Source: Raillietiella orientalis (taxonomy: Eukaryota). From it: a stretch of DNA of 64,000 nucleotides. The DNA lies in the NCBI GenBank assembly GCA_036172245.1, contig JAYWIR010000011.1:2666001-2730000 (forward strand), in the 5' to 3' direction. The position numbers and the translations under genes were made by a program. This document shows positions 36,401-49,680 of the stretch, piece by piece; position 1 is the first letter of the stretch, and every line of letters starts with the position of its first letter. Below the pieces are notes generated by a model, which did not search any database, had not been told where the DNA came from, and saw only the letters and a list, made by a program, of their open reading frames with translations.

Positions 36401-39400
36401 GTTTTCCGCAGATTAATAAGTCTTTCATCTTTTCATTCCATTGCCAAATCGGCTAGCAGGCAAAACAGGGCTCTTTCCAGCATCCTTCCCCGGACTGGAC
36501 CGATGGGTTTCGAACGATCGGATCGGAAAGCAGACCTCGAAACACGTGTATGATAAACTGAAAGGGAAAAAAAAGTTCCACCTGTGGATGTTCCTGTCAG
36601 TGGAGTCGGAAGGAACATGCAAAACACAACGGAAGGGATCCGTTGATTCAATAAAATAAAATGGAACTCGGAGGATCCTCGAGTTTTCCACCACGTTAAG
36701 GAATTCCCAGGAACAGCAGCGGTGTCGAAACGGAAAAAGGAATCCGAGCAGCAATGCCTCCATCAAAGTTTCACGAAAATAAGCAACACAAATGTAAACA
36801 CACGGAGATTATGTTTTCCATAAAATCGAAATGACAAAGTTTATGCCGCATGGTAAAGCAGGGGCGCCTTTGAATAGACTTTCGACGAGGGCGCAAAGAC
36901 GCACGCGGAGTTTCTATGGCAACAGTGACGATGCATCTGATTTTCGCGTATAACAACGGTGCGTTTGTACACATATGCAACATCAGGTGATTTTGTTAAC
37001 AACGGAAGAGAAGCACAAGAAGACGATAGTAAGATGGTAAGAAGCGTACGTTGCTAATGAACGTGAAAGTACGTTGCCCGTACTTCCACGTTGCCGTTTC
37101 TGACCAACGTGCTGTATCACGTCACCTCATTCAGTTAGACCCCATCAAAGATCTGCAGTCTGTAGGGCTCTGACTTCACGATCAAGAAGAAATCGGAGCC
37201 AGTCATGTCAATAACCCTTACACATTTCCCTCCTTAGATGATACTCATCAAATGATTCGTACGCCGAAAATTCCACAGGTCCAAGCGATAAAAAAAAGAA
37301 GAGGAATGACGATTTCTATGGCCTCAATCCTTTGCAAAGCAACAACTTGAAATGGCAAAAATGTCAGTAACGATTTGGAGGTGACAATCTCTGCACCAAA
37401 GAGGCAATCAGGTTATCGGCGTTTATTCCGTTCCTTCTGGGACTCTCTGCCGGCAACGGACTGCAAGCTGATGCTTCCTCTTCCTTCCGCGGTTCACATT
37501 ACATAGTAACCAGGCAACGCGGGTGCCTGCCGTAGTGTGCTCCAACACGTCAGGGAAAGGTTTGTTTATCTTTAAGAAATGATGAATTGCAAACTACGCT
37601 TTTTATTTATTTCTCACCATTTGGTAAATACCCATCCAAAAGAATCCAGGTGACATCAATCACCGCTGAGTTGGCCCAAGTTCGAGTGGATCACCACAGA
37701 ATGAATAATACATAGGACCCACATCATGATACATAATGTGGATCATCATTCGGCCTATAGTTACTCTTTCTCCAAGAAATGAAGAGGATTCACGTCCCCT
37801 AATGCAATGCATGTTCTAATTTCGATGTCAATCTCAAAAGCAATCCCATCCACAATTCAAATGAAGGGTAGGGGAGAGGGTAGGAGGGAAGGGATTTTAT
37901 AAATAGAAAAGGATCGAACCTCAGCACACGGATCTTAAATGATCGCTCCTACGAGGGCGAGACACATCCAAGACGAAATTCTTGGACAGAAACGCGCCTG
38001 CAATACGATTCAAACACCTAGAGATCCAAAGGGAAGGGGGGGGGGGGATTCATACAAAAAAAGTTGTCCCAGGATGCATTCCTTTAGCAGCAGCACCACG
38101 TAGATGAGTGAAGAAGACACGATAATATTAGACGTACGGAAGTGGGGGGGTTTCGCGCAAGTACCAGGCTCGCGAAGAGGCACTCTCCACGTCAAGTTCC
38201 AACTACGCTGGGGGAGGGGTCTCCTCCTCATACCCCCGAGCACGTGCCTCACCAAACCGTTAGCAGCCCTGAAATCTCTTGTATCAGAATCTCTTGCGAT
38301 GCTGGCAATCCCAGTCGCCTGAAATCTCTGAAAGTACGCGTTTGGAGAATCACGGGGTGGGGGTGGGGAGGGAGGGGGCGTCCCCAGCGAATGCCGTTCC
38401 CAACACATTTTTGACGGGCTAGGTGTGTGAACTCTACACGATTCGTTCCATTGCAGCTTTAAAGAGCACGACTGCAAGTGCCGACTCTGAACTCCCCAAG
38501 TATTTGTGGAATAGTCTTATTATTAGGTTCCAGTCAGCGTCTTTTCGTGCGGTTCGTTACGACGATGCGGCGAATAACACGGGAATCATACGGGCAGTCC
38601 AATGGATCCAAAAATCTTCTCCCAGCCACTGACCAACAAAGTACATTCACATCGAGCATAGAGATAACGACCACCACTGGAATACAAAGTCATTCGACCA
38701 AGTGCTAACGGCGCGACTTGCACAGTTCCTCAACTTTGCTTGCGAAAGTTTCAAGCGTTTTCGATGACCACCTCTTAAACGATACTCTCCTATTCATATC
38801 TAAAAAGGGGGGTGGGGAACAAAAATGGAGTGTACGTCGAGTGTGCAAATGCTGAGCGAACTCTTGGCGAATGACGCAGAATTTCCGATACTTGGAATGC
38901 ATCCACGTACCTCACAGATTTGTGTGTATGATACGGGAACGTAAACCTACAGAACGTACATAGTAATTTATGACGTCATTACAGATAATACACGTTTTTC
39001 CGCAGATCAACTTTATTACTGCACCACACAGACTCTCTCTCTCCCCCTCCCCCCCTTTCCCTGTCTTTGGATGGATGGATAAAGGTGCGGACTCGGTTCC
39101 CGAAGATAGAAAAAAAAAAAAAAAGAAAGAAAAAAAAAAAAAAAAAAGGTCTGTCGGGTGGAAAGCGTTTCGCATCCCAATCCCCCCCCCCCCCCCGTCT
39201 CCGCGGCGTTTCTTTCGGCCTGCCCCGATGACTTCCCGCTCACACGTCCTCGGGTACCAAGCCGGGGTAAACGAAACACCATCCCTCCTTTCGCAGATAT
39301 CCAATTTCAGAACGGTTTCAAAAGCCACAAAGCGAATGTCAAGGTGGACTTCCCTCCGGTTCAGGTTAGCTGAGCTCATGTTTTCTGTCATTTGTTCGTT

Positions 39401-39601
39401 ACACACGCACGAAGCCAAGCTGCCTCGCATTCCCCGCGCGTGGGCGCAATCCAGGAGGGGGTGCACCCCCGGTGCACCCCGCCGCCGTCTCTCTCGCCGT
39501 GGGTGTACACCCCCCCCCCCCGTCATGAATGGCGACCTTCCTGCAGAACACAACGTGCAGCAACTCCGGGGAATGCAATCGGACGCGACCGTAACGATTG
39601 A

Positions 39602-39602
<1 letters not shown>

Positions 39603-39637
<35 letters not shown>
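39603..39637. repeat. Poly(A) tract (~35 nt), one of many A/T and G/C homopolymer runs
   Basis: Read directly. Confidence 0.85.
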
Positions 39638-39640
<3 letters not shown>

Positions 39641-40622
39641 TCGTTCCTTTTTTTCTTTTTTACACGAAATCATCTCTCGCCGCAGTGCAAAGTAAAGACG
39701 TAGGAAAACATTAGGTACGTACATGACGTCGGTGGGTTCGACACTCTATTTTCCCATTTTTTTCCTCCTCGTGTTCCAATCAGTCATTGCGAGCGGCAGC
39801 GTACACCACTTGTGCGGGAAACCGGAGCACCGAAAAACGGGGACCACGATGCTTTTTTCACACTCCCGCTGCAAGCGCGGCTGGACACCATCTTTCCGTG
39901 CACGGGGAGTCTTCCTGTGAACACCACCACGACCCGCGGACTCCCCCGTTCACGCCAGCCGCTCGCGACTCCCGGGGACCACCGCTCGGGACGGGAGACA
40001 CGCGTGTCCGGGAGGGGAGTTCACCTTGTTTACCATCGGCAACACCGCGCGACGCTCGGGATGGATGGGGCACGTCCACACCTCGGTGAACACGGCGGGG
40101 AAAAACACGCCGGGCCGTGCAAACCTCCGAACACTTCGGGGCAGCAAGGCTCGTGGGTATGTTTTTATCAGCAAGAGTCGGTTTCGCTTCCGAGTGCAGC
40201 AGCAGCAGCGGCGGCATGCAGCAGGGATTGGTAGTGGACTGCTACCCGTGTACCGTACGGTTCAATTTATACCGGACAAACTTGCCGTGGCGTAATCATT
40301 TGAGAACAAAAAAAAAAAAAACAATAAAAAAAAAAATGCGTCTATTTCGTTCCGCATGTACTCCCGTTGTACGATGCCGAGGGATGGATACAGAAATAAA
40401 GGCTCATGCTCGGGAAGAACGAGAGCACGCGATCAAAAGATAAACTCAAACACCCGAATTTTTTTACCGTTCCTCTCAGATTCGCCATATCCGTAATACT
40501 GCAATGGGGGAAATACACTACCAATGATATTGTAATTGATTTGAATGGATCAGTACGTACACTACCTTTAATAGTATAAATTAAGACATAAGTTTGTGCT
40601 TGTGTAAATGCAATTATCCAGT

Positions 40623-40626
<4 letters not shown>

Positions 40627-40652
<26 letters not shown>
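40627..40652. repeat. (AG)n microsatellite; similar tracts near 6455-6470 and 59197-59222
   Basis: Read directly. Confidence 0.85.
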
Positions 40653-40653
<1 letters not shown>

Positions 40654-40858
40654 AAATGGGTGGTCATGTTTAACACAATTGTTGTTTCATAACTGCTTTA
40701 CGACGAAAGTCTTATTTGGATAAAATAAAATTTTCATTTTTATATTTAATTCCATCAACAGGGTTTCGAGTTGCTGACAAAAATAATTATCATGAGCTCT
40801 AATGCATTCCAATAAAAGTCATCTTCATTAGTTCTATTATTTTTCTCTGAAAATTCTT

Positions 40859-42879
40859 TCACCGATTTCCTGCAATCTTAAGACACACCGTAGGAGATAT
40901 AGAAGCACTCTTGAACAAACACAACCAATTAGCTGGCTGATCAAACATGCTAACGAGACTTCCATCATTGTAAGGAATATGCAGGCAATCATGTGCAAGA
41001 TGTACATTCAGCTTGTGAAGATTTCCAGGCTGCAGAGAAATAATTTTTGCAACATTTTTTTTTCTTTTTTTACCCAAGTGATATTCAAGAGCTACTCACT
41101 TTAAGCCTTGGTTCTCCTTTCACTCTTCCTAATTCCAACTGATGTATCTGCTGCCAACGGCCAAAGAGCAATTTAAGAGCTGGATCTTTCAGTTGCCAAA
41201 TATGGTCTCTAAACATATCTGCAGACACAAACTTTGCATTGTAGCCTCCATGCAATGCTGCATACAGAAGGAAGAGATCATCCTTTGAACTATATGACAG
41301 ATTACAATGAAATGACTGGAATTCCACAACTTTTTATGTATGGTATAAGTTGTAGCCAACTTCTGCAGCTGTGTAACTAAAATTTCGTTTCCTCGAAATA
41401 AGTATCCCTTGGCTAACACAAGGACTTTCATATGATGCTTTATAGCTAAAGATTCCACTACATTTAGCAACTACAGAATGGGACTTGTAAGCAAACACAA
41501 TATCCGAGTTTGTGTTACCTGTTTCATTCTTTGCTTCTGACTTATACTGCTTTTGGGTAGTTGGGCATAGGAAACATTCAGCCCATCTAGAACCACATCA
41601 TAGTGGCCAACGTGAGACAGGAAGTTCATGAAGTGTTTCAGCTCATGTGGGTCGGTATTCAGAAAAATGTCATCTCCTTTAATCATTTTTTCCATTGCAG
41701 ACCTTAGTGTTGTGTAATCCTGTTTGCACAAAGACTCTTGTTCTAATTTATGCTCACAAGCAGGACATATTCCACTACAAGTAAGCAAATTACGTGTATC
41801 CCCATCTTTCAAACTCACCTTAAACCAATGATTACTTTCTGCCCTTGCCAAGATTGTTGTGGATGATTTTCAAAATATACTTGTAATCTTCCAATCACAT
41901 CTTCACAGGGGTAAATTTTGAACTTCTGCCAAAGAACCAAAAGTTTCTCAATAATTTCATCACTCAGCCGTTTGCGACTACGAGCCATGGTCGTCTCTTG
42001 TTTCCGCAAATTAGTGCAATACTGGATAAATTCTTGATACACATACTCGTAAGGTTTTAAACCATGTGTTATCAAATTAACAAGGAACTCAAAAGCAGTA
42101 TTAATCTCTCCCGCTTTCAAGGCTGCAACTGCTATTGCACAGTAAGCTAAACGGTTGCGGTCTTGAGAAACCTCATCAAGAGTCTGTACGTGTTTGAGAC
42201 TATCCTTCCAGCGATCTGTACAGCATAATGCAGCAATCACATATGAAATGCTGAATGCATCCAAATAAGAATGTTTCTGTAAAAGATGGTCTACTGCCTT
42301 CAAGATTACTTCGTGTGGAGCTTCTTGGCATAAGCTGCATAAGAACAAAAACAAAGATGATGTTCCCAGTGTCACACTGCCAGGATCTTCTTGGAGGAAA
42401 TTCATCAGGGATAAACCACATGCAAAAGACTCATGCTTACAACACATTTTCATTACAATACCAGTGCACTTGGAAACAGCTATATTATTTTCATGGGCTG
42501 CATTGCTAAGAATATCTTTCCATTGTGATGAGGTCAGTGATTCATTTTTCATAACAATATCATTGACCCACAATAACTTAGTGGGTAGGGTTAACGGCAC
42601 CCAAGGTTTCATTTCATAAGGTATCTCTAATTCCTTAAATCGTTTTTCTTGGAGCTCTAGCCTCTGTTGTAATTGGTACTCTGAAATCACTTCATGTTCC
42701 CTTGATTTTAAATTTTCAAATGTTTCCTTTTCATTCCTTGCATCAACACATTTTGAATGTGTAGGGCTTATTCTCAACGAGGAACCTATAAATTGTTTGA
42801 GATATTCTTGATTGCTTAGTGATTTTGGATAAGCCGTCAGAAAATGAATTTTTCTCAACTTCCAGATATGCTTGAACAT
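40859..42879 (-). CDS. PRORP: Mitochondrial ribonuclease P catalytic subunit (PRORP/MRPP3), 605 aa predicted
   Basis: Exons 42879-41819, 41774-41519, 41470-41331, 41289-41100 and 41029-40859 join in frame (1818 nt) across GT-AG introns. Basic N-terminal presequence, PPR-like helical region, Zn-site GICPAC, NYN nuclease motifs YDVVLDGLNV, SKDDLFLLYAAL and FVSADMFRDH, and C-terminal HIPY...PANWLCL. Confidence 0.95.
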
Positions 42880-44999
42880 CGTGACATTTATTCAAAGCTT
42901 TCGTGGGGTAACATTCTGCTTGAAATAGATTACAAAATCACCGAGATTCGAATGCATTTCCAGTGATTCACACAATTTCTCGCCTCTCGAATATATTCTT
43001 CAACCTGCCATTTGCTACCATGTGTTCAAATGACTGACATTGGATGTGATTCACTGACAGCTAAGGCAGAATGCTTTCATTGTACACCTACGCATTTTTA
43101 TAAATGCTCACTGTATTTGCAAAAAAAAAAAAATCAACAAAGTGCGAGGTGGAACGTTAGATACGGTTACCATTTCTGTGTACGAAAAGATGCTTATGAG
43201 ACAGCATAATACACCCGTACTCAAGCTTACAGCATGGTAGGACTACCATGTAGCCAAAGATACCAACTTCAACAAGACAAGAAATTCGATTGTATGGAAA
43301 GTCTTTAAAAATCGCAGTGTCATTAAAATCCAGACCTTCAAATACTCAGTGGAGTAAAAATAATAAAGGTACTTATATATAAAGGTAAAATTATATGAAC
43401 ACAGGTACACAATGTTTCTTAAATTCTTATAAGAATCAGGAAATTTTTTTTTTCTGTTTTTCCGTTTTTGGATATGTAGTCAATACTATGTTTCAGTTCA
43501 AATATTTGAAATTCTGAATTTGATCGATTAACTTTTATGCTAGTTAAACAATTTCATTACGTTCTCATCATTTTCATAAAGGAAAAATAAGCTTCACTTG
43601 TTATTGAATAAAAAGAAACAAAATTTATCATATCCTTCATACAAGAAGGTATTATTGAAAATAAGAACGATTCTTAGTATTTTTTAATTTTTCAATCTCA
43701 GATGCACTCAAGATCGTAAAACAAAGATTTTATGAAAAAAAAACGCTTGGTGGGTTAAAAAAAAAATAAACATTTGCGCATATATGTCCAGGTCTTTTCT
43801 TTTCTTTCTTACTTTTTTTTTAAAAAAACCTGTCTCATTTACTAGCAAGTCTCAAATGCAATTTCTATCAGATATGCACATATGTAATTATGACTGTTTC
43901 CTAGCACTTATAGTGAAGCATCTGTATGTACTTCTGATACATAAAAACTGTATGCTGCACAAAAGTTTAAGACATTTCGAAAATCCTTGCTTTTAAAAAT
44001 CTGTTCATTGTATGTACCTTTTTACTAAAAGTGAAAAGAACATTTTGCAAATATGAGTGAGGTACGAAAATGTAAAAGGAGTCAAGCTGGAGACGCACAA
44101 GTGAGTTTTTCCACTAAGAATCTGGACGTGAATTAATATTTACACAAATAACGGTAATGGAAACAATTTTATACAAACGAAAGGTTCAGGAAACTTGATT
44201 AATTGTTCTTATCGATGTCTCAATAAGAATTTTTTTCAGTCAGAAATTCATATCCTTAAGTTTAATTTTTCAAACGGAAGTCTATTTTTGAAAATTGGTT
44301 TTTGAAGAATACCTTTAGATTGGGTTAGTAACTTTTAAGTCGGATTAGTTAGATTTGTCACATAGAGATGGTAACTGATTCTAACAACACATCTCACGCT
44401 TTGTTGGAATTCTTTTCCCAAACACTATGCACAATTAAAGAAATATGTTAGTTACTAATTTAACGCATATTTATTTTTAAAAGACGGATTTCTATGAAAA
44501 AAAAAAAAAAAATCATTCAGAACTTGAAATGCCAATGCGTCAGAGGCAGGATTAATAGTTTCTTTGGACTACAAGCTTCCATGGTCAGTTCTCGTAGTCT
44601 CCAGACTACTAAACAGTGAATCTATCATTACATCCTGCTACAGTGAAGCAGATTAAAAGTTTGTCTGGAACAGATGACATAAGTGCTCCTGATTGTGTTT
44701 CAGCAGATTCTTGTGGGAACGGGACCGCCCTCAGTTTTCCCCGAAAGTTTGCCAAAAAGCAGTTGGAACTCCGCGCTCCCAACAGCTCGCTTAGAAGGGA
44801 CTTTCATAAGGATTTCCTCACTTACAAGGTACCAGAATGGAGAACTGGTAGAAGGTGATTTGAAGTTGCCTTGGTGGTCCACATTGGGCGCAACCAACAG
44901 ATGAGTTTGTCTCATCGCTGCAGACAAAAGAAAGGCATGACGAGTAATCTTAGAGGAGAAGTGTGACTAGAAATCAGAGTCTCAGCTTCAGTGTTGGAT

Positions 45000-46050
45000 C
45001 CCCTGCTAGTGGAGTAAGCAGTTTGAGGGGACCCGGGAGAGAATGGTGCTCCAAGATGTTGATGCTACAAATAAATTCCAAAGAGCACTGAGGTGGTAGG
45101 AAAGATGGTCATCTTAAAAAAGAAGCTCGTATGAAGCGATCTCGTCAAGTCCAGGGGGAATGACTCTAGGCTCCCCGTGCAGGATGGGAGGCATAGTGGG
45201 ACAAGTAGCAAAGAGAGCAGGAACATTCAGCACACGACTTGTAAAGAGATTCTGGTTCTCTCAAGACCAATTTCCGGTTTTGCGTCTGCAGATGAAGCTC
45301 CCCTTTTCATAACGAAATTTGTCTCATTCGGAAGGGATCTCTGAATCCTTCACGGGGGATGTAGGGATGCGAGGCTGCATCGGGTTACCGGACGAGATAG
45401 GAGAAACAGCAGATCCACGCAAAGGATTCCTGGCTCGCCTAGGAGAGGATCCACACCACTCGAGCTTTCCTTCTGTGGCAGGGTGACTCCTTTTGCTGGC
45501 TGCATTTGTTTTCTCCTGAAGGATCCCCTCCTTTCTCTTCCCATCCTTCTCAAGTCATCGCGCCCTGGAGGCGAACTCCTCTTAGAAAGAAATACCGATA
45601 TAAACTATGACCTTTCTCCACTGCTCAGCTCTCTTTGGCTTATCGTCCGGCCACATCCTGGGTCTTGAGAGAGAAAAAGGTTGGCTGAACATTCTTTTCA
45701 GGAAACGGGAGCCGACCAAATCTCCTGATCCTGGGAGTATGAGCAGGCAGATTGTGCTCGTGAGTTCGTTTAAGAACCCCGTAAGGAGGCCACCTATTTC
45801 ATTCTGTTGGGCGCTCATTTGCTTGCCCCACAAGGAAGGCGTCGTGTGGATTGGGTGGCTCAAGTTGTGGAAGATGGGATCGGTCGAGGGTCGTCCAGAG
45901 ACGACCTCTGGAGACCGGAGGGCTTCGGCATTTGCAAGAGGATTCCCTGGAGGAGAGTTTTTGCCACTCCCATGGGGGACTCAATACCGTGTGTTGGGGT
46001 GTTCGATTTCTTCCTTCTTCTCAGAGCTGGGTCCCTGAGCATCTTTCAAT
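45000..46050 (-). mobile_element. Possible highly decayed LINE ORF2 (RT N-terminal region) remnant
   Basis: ESPMGVAKTLLQGILLQMPKPSG (~PITxxELxxALxxMxxxKxPG) is followed by GGLLTGFLNELTSTICLLILPGSGDL (~GxLxxSxxxxxIxLIPKxGD). Weak, by-eye match. Confidence 0.3.
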
Positions 46051-46959
46051 TCCTCGTTCCTACCTCATCCTGCTTTCTTTTCTCGCAGCTCGCGGGAGCA
46101 GGGAAGACTCCCAAGTGGTCCGTTCAAGCGAAGGCGTGATTCTGGGGGAAAGGAAAGGAAAAATATGGGAGGTAGGGATGAGAGTGAGAAGGAGGGCTTT
46201 TCCTTCAGAGGAGTCTGAGGAAGGGATGCTCTTAGGAGGCTTCGCACGCGGGATTTTCTTTCTTTCGCTCCTTATTCCTTCTGCGCGAGGAAAGCGCTGG
46301 GGGAGAACAAGGGTGCATCGAAATCATGGGAATCGGGAAGGACCAGAGTGAGGGACGGCTGCATCGCGGAAATTGTGGTAGCTGAGCAGCGGTCTCCCGT
46401 GAGATGCCTACGCTGAATCTTCTGAATGGCACTGTGGCTCCTGGATCGAGCTCAATCGCCGTCTTCTTCCTTCCTTCCCCTCCTCCCTTTCAGAGCCTCC
46501 TTGTCTTGACCAGGCGCGCTCGACAACAGACCTTGGTCGTTCGTTCTGTTACGCTACATCCAGAAGATTTCCGTGAGGATGAAGAGAAGAAACGCTCCCG
46601 TCTGGGCTAGAGGAACGGTCGCAGAGACTCTTCCTCCGGAAGATTCCTGGTTCGGAATCGAGATGCTCGACAATCAACCCGATCAGCTGCTGTCTTCGGT
46701 GCCCGCTCCTCCCCTCCTCCACTTTGCCACCTTCCTGCAGCTTTTTTTTTCTTTTCTAAAGGCCAGTAGCGGCCTCACGGTGTGATCGTTACCACTGGGC
46801 TAGGGTAATTTTCACCTGGTTATGCCGGGGCATTCATTATGTAGGGTAATAAAAATACTTTGGTATGGCGGCACCCTTGGTTCTACACGCGCGATGAACC
46901 TGCCGAAGAGCGCTGCACAGACCGGCGGGGTCCGCCTCGGCAGCGTGGGGAAGAGAGAA

Positions 46960-48235
46960 ACAAAAACACAAAAAATTAAAAAACAGGGGAGGGGCCACAA
47001 TACGCTGCCGGGCGTCCTCTACATCCAGTTCAGGATGTTGGCAAGTTCCGGCCGTATAGCATCAGGGTGGGGCCATCTCGAGGCGGTCCTCAGGATGATC
47101 CGCGCCCAGTGGATAGCATCCCTGCCATTTCGGCTTTCTTCTCCTGGAGTTCCAGGCCGCCGTGATCCCGCTGAGACAGCAGAGGACTACGAGGGGTGCC
47201 GGCAGTGCGGCACCACGCACGAAGAGAAGTTTGAAAATGTCCCTGGGGCTGCTCGCCGGGATTCATAGGATCATCGCGAGGCGATCCCAAAGGTGTCGGA
47301 AGGCATCACAGTCCAGCAGCAGGTGCGGTAGGATCTCCTTCTTCCCGTTCCTGTCGCACTCAGCCTCCACGCTCCCTCTGTATCCAGTGTGAAGGCATGC
47401 TTTGCACGGGATTCCACCAAGCAACACCAGCAGTACCAACTCCCGCCACTTGAGGGAATGGCTCAGAATGATGGAAATCCTTTGGGGCTCTCCTATCTTT
47501 GCTGTTTTCCCTCCAGCTTTCTTTTTGTTTGGTTCGCCCAGTGCCGGAGGACCGTCCGCCTCCTTTGGAGCACTTACGCAGCTCTTTGACACCGCCCATG
47601 CCACCCAAGAGTGCGTGTGACTCTTTGAGTTAGGGAGCAGCCCCAGAAGGATCTTTCTGTGAATCCAGGAGGGACTCCAGATGAAGGAGCTCCTTCCTCT
47701 TAGGATGGAACCCTGAGAGGACCCTCTTCTTTATTCTCTCCCGAGGCATTCTCCGCTCCTGGAATTTCTTTCTCTGGAGAGAACCCTCAAGGGAACCTCT
47801 CCTCGTTTCCTCAGCCTCTGAATACAACCCCGTAAGGACGCTTCCCAATTTCTCTGAAGGAGCAGCACGCTTTTGACCTTCTGGAAAGGCAACCCCCAGA
47901 GGGAAATGTCAACTAGTTCCGTAGTACCGCCCTATTTTCGAAACCGGAAGGGGAAACTCGAAGGGAACCGGCTCCCTGGTTCCTGGAAGATCCTCGGAGG
48001 GTCAAGATCCCCTTCCAGTTCTGGACAGTCAACGAGGTCAACCAAAGGACTTCCATCTGTTTCCAGCAGTGTCGCACCCGAAGTCCGTGGGCCAACCGGT
48101 TTCGCCCTGCCTGGGGGACTCAGAACACACAACATACCCATTTCTCAGCGTCAATCCTTTCCCGGACGGGATTCGAACTCACGAGGCTGGGTGCCACGCC
48201 CGAGCCACCCTGACGACAAAACGGTCCGCAGGGTT
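46960..48235 (-). mobile_element. Composite tRNA-headed retro-repeat, copy 5, with the clearest LINE zf-RVT tail
   Basis: B box AGTTCGAATCC (48169-48179, minus); body collinear with copy 1; block GGGTGGCATGGGCGGTGTCAAAGAGC (47581-47606). It then reads KWRELVLLVLLGGIPCKACLH...ECDRNGKKEILPHLLLDCDAFRHLWDRL and, after a stop, ITAAWNSRRR, matching the zf-RVT/CCHC C-terminus of L1/Tx1 ORF2. Confidence 0.8.
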
Positions 48236-49499
48236 ACGGTCCTGCAACTTTTCGGGTCCTCGAGGATTCTCCGGAACGCTAAGGACACGACGGCTTGCAT
48301 CCAGGGACGCCCCTCCTTCGGTATGGGTTGCAGGCTCGGGGGATGGAGGACCTCACCGCAAGATGTCCAGGTGCTGCGCACGGTGGGGCCAAGAGAGCCG
48401 ACCATGATGGAGCGCCTCCCAGTTTGCCATACTGCCACAACCACCGTTCGCTTCTCCTCCCCCATCTGGTTGGGTCTTCGGATGTCCAAAGTAGTTGCAG
48501 CAGCACGCGGCTTTTTTTCCAGCCACCTCCGCGGTCCTGGTTACGGCCGAAAGCCCTCTGGCATTCGCTTCCTCGCCGCGGCTTGGGAGGTCTTCGGGGG
48601 GGAAGGGGGGAGGTGGGCGCAGTTTCTGCTCCCCGATGGAGCCGGAGGCGGGACTTTCTTTTTGCCATACTTCGACGCAGGAGGAGTCGCGCCATTCTCT
48701 CATCTCGCACGAGGTCTTCGGGAAGAGGGTGGGGGAGGAGCGGAAGAAGAAGTCTTCTCCTATGGGCGCGAAGCTCGAGCTCCAAGATGGCCTCCCCGCA
48801 CTTCGCCCTGCCATGAACGGACTGGCATGCGGGCCGCAGTTGGGACCGCCTTCCTCGAATCCTCGGCAGGGTCACCAAGAGGGTCGCGTTGTGCCGGAGG
48901 CATCATCGGGAAGGGTGTCAGGCAAACAACTGAGCGTGACCCGGTGGCGTCTCCCTCCACTCTCGCTGCTTGCTTGAGTCCATCAGATAGGCAGAAGGAA
49001 GCTGCATTGGATCCCTAAGCACCGGGCCAGGTGCTCATCGGACACCGGGCAAGATGCGGGTTGTCAGGACGACAGCACCGACCTCGGTGCTGTGACCAAC
49101 GCTCTTATCTGGACCGGACTGCATGGAAACGGGGAAGACTTGCGGGCAGCAGGAGGATTTGAGTGTGGAGCTATTGCCTCTCTTCGCGACGACTCTTCGG
49201 CTCCAGGTGCCTGGTCGGTGCGCGTCCGTTCCCAGCAGCAACTTCTGCGGCCGCCCTGCCTCTGAGGCGACGACCGACATCGCCGCTGCTGGTTCCATGA
49301 AGAAAGCGGCACTGCTTGCCACGAGGCTCCTCAAAAAACGAAAAAACCTGCCGGCTCCCCCCCCCTTCCTCTTGAGGTGGGCGCACCGGTAGGTTGTTTT
49401 GCCTTTTTTTTGCTTTTCCCCTCGGCTGGTCCTTGCGGACGATGCCCATATCTTCGCTCTGCCAAGTTCAGGGCTCCCCGCCGCCAAATTCCGGGCCCA

Positions 49500-49680
49500 T
49501 CTGGTCTGTTCGTTTGAACGGGTGGAACAGATGTGGCGCCCCTCGCATAAAGGAACCTCTCTTCACTTTCATGGAAAGAAGGAAACTTCTGGCCCCTCTC
49601 CTCTCGTTCCCAGCCTATCCACGATCTCATCTGAAGTTCCCTCTGCCTACTCCCATGGGGAACTTGGTTCACCCCCCGGA
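49500..49680 (-). mobile_element. Possible LINE ORF2 linker remnant
   Basis: MRSWIGWEREERGQKFPSFHESEER resembles the L1/Tx1 motif RSRxxWxxEGExxxKFFxxxExxR. Single motif only. Confidence 0.3.

Noticed and set aside
47873..49018. 381-aa ORF
   Set aside because: It overlaps the antisense strand of repeat copy 5 and shows no protein motifs.
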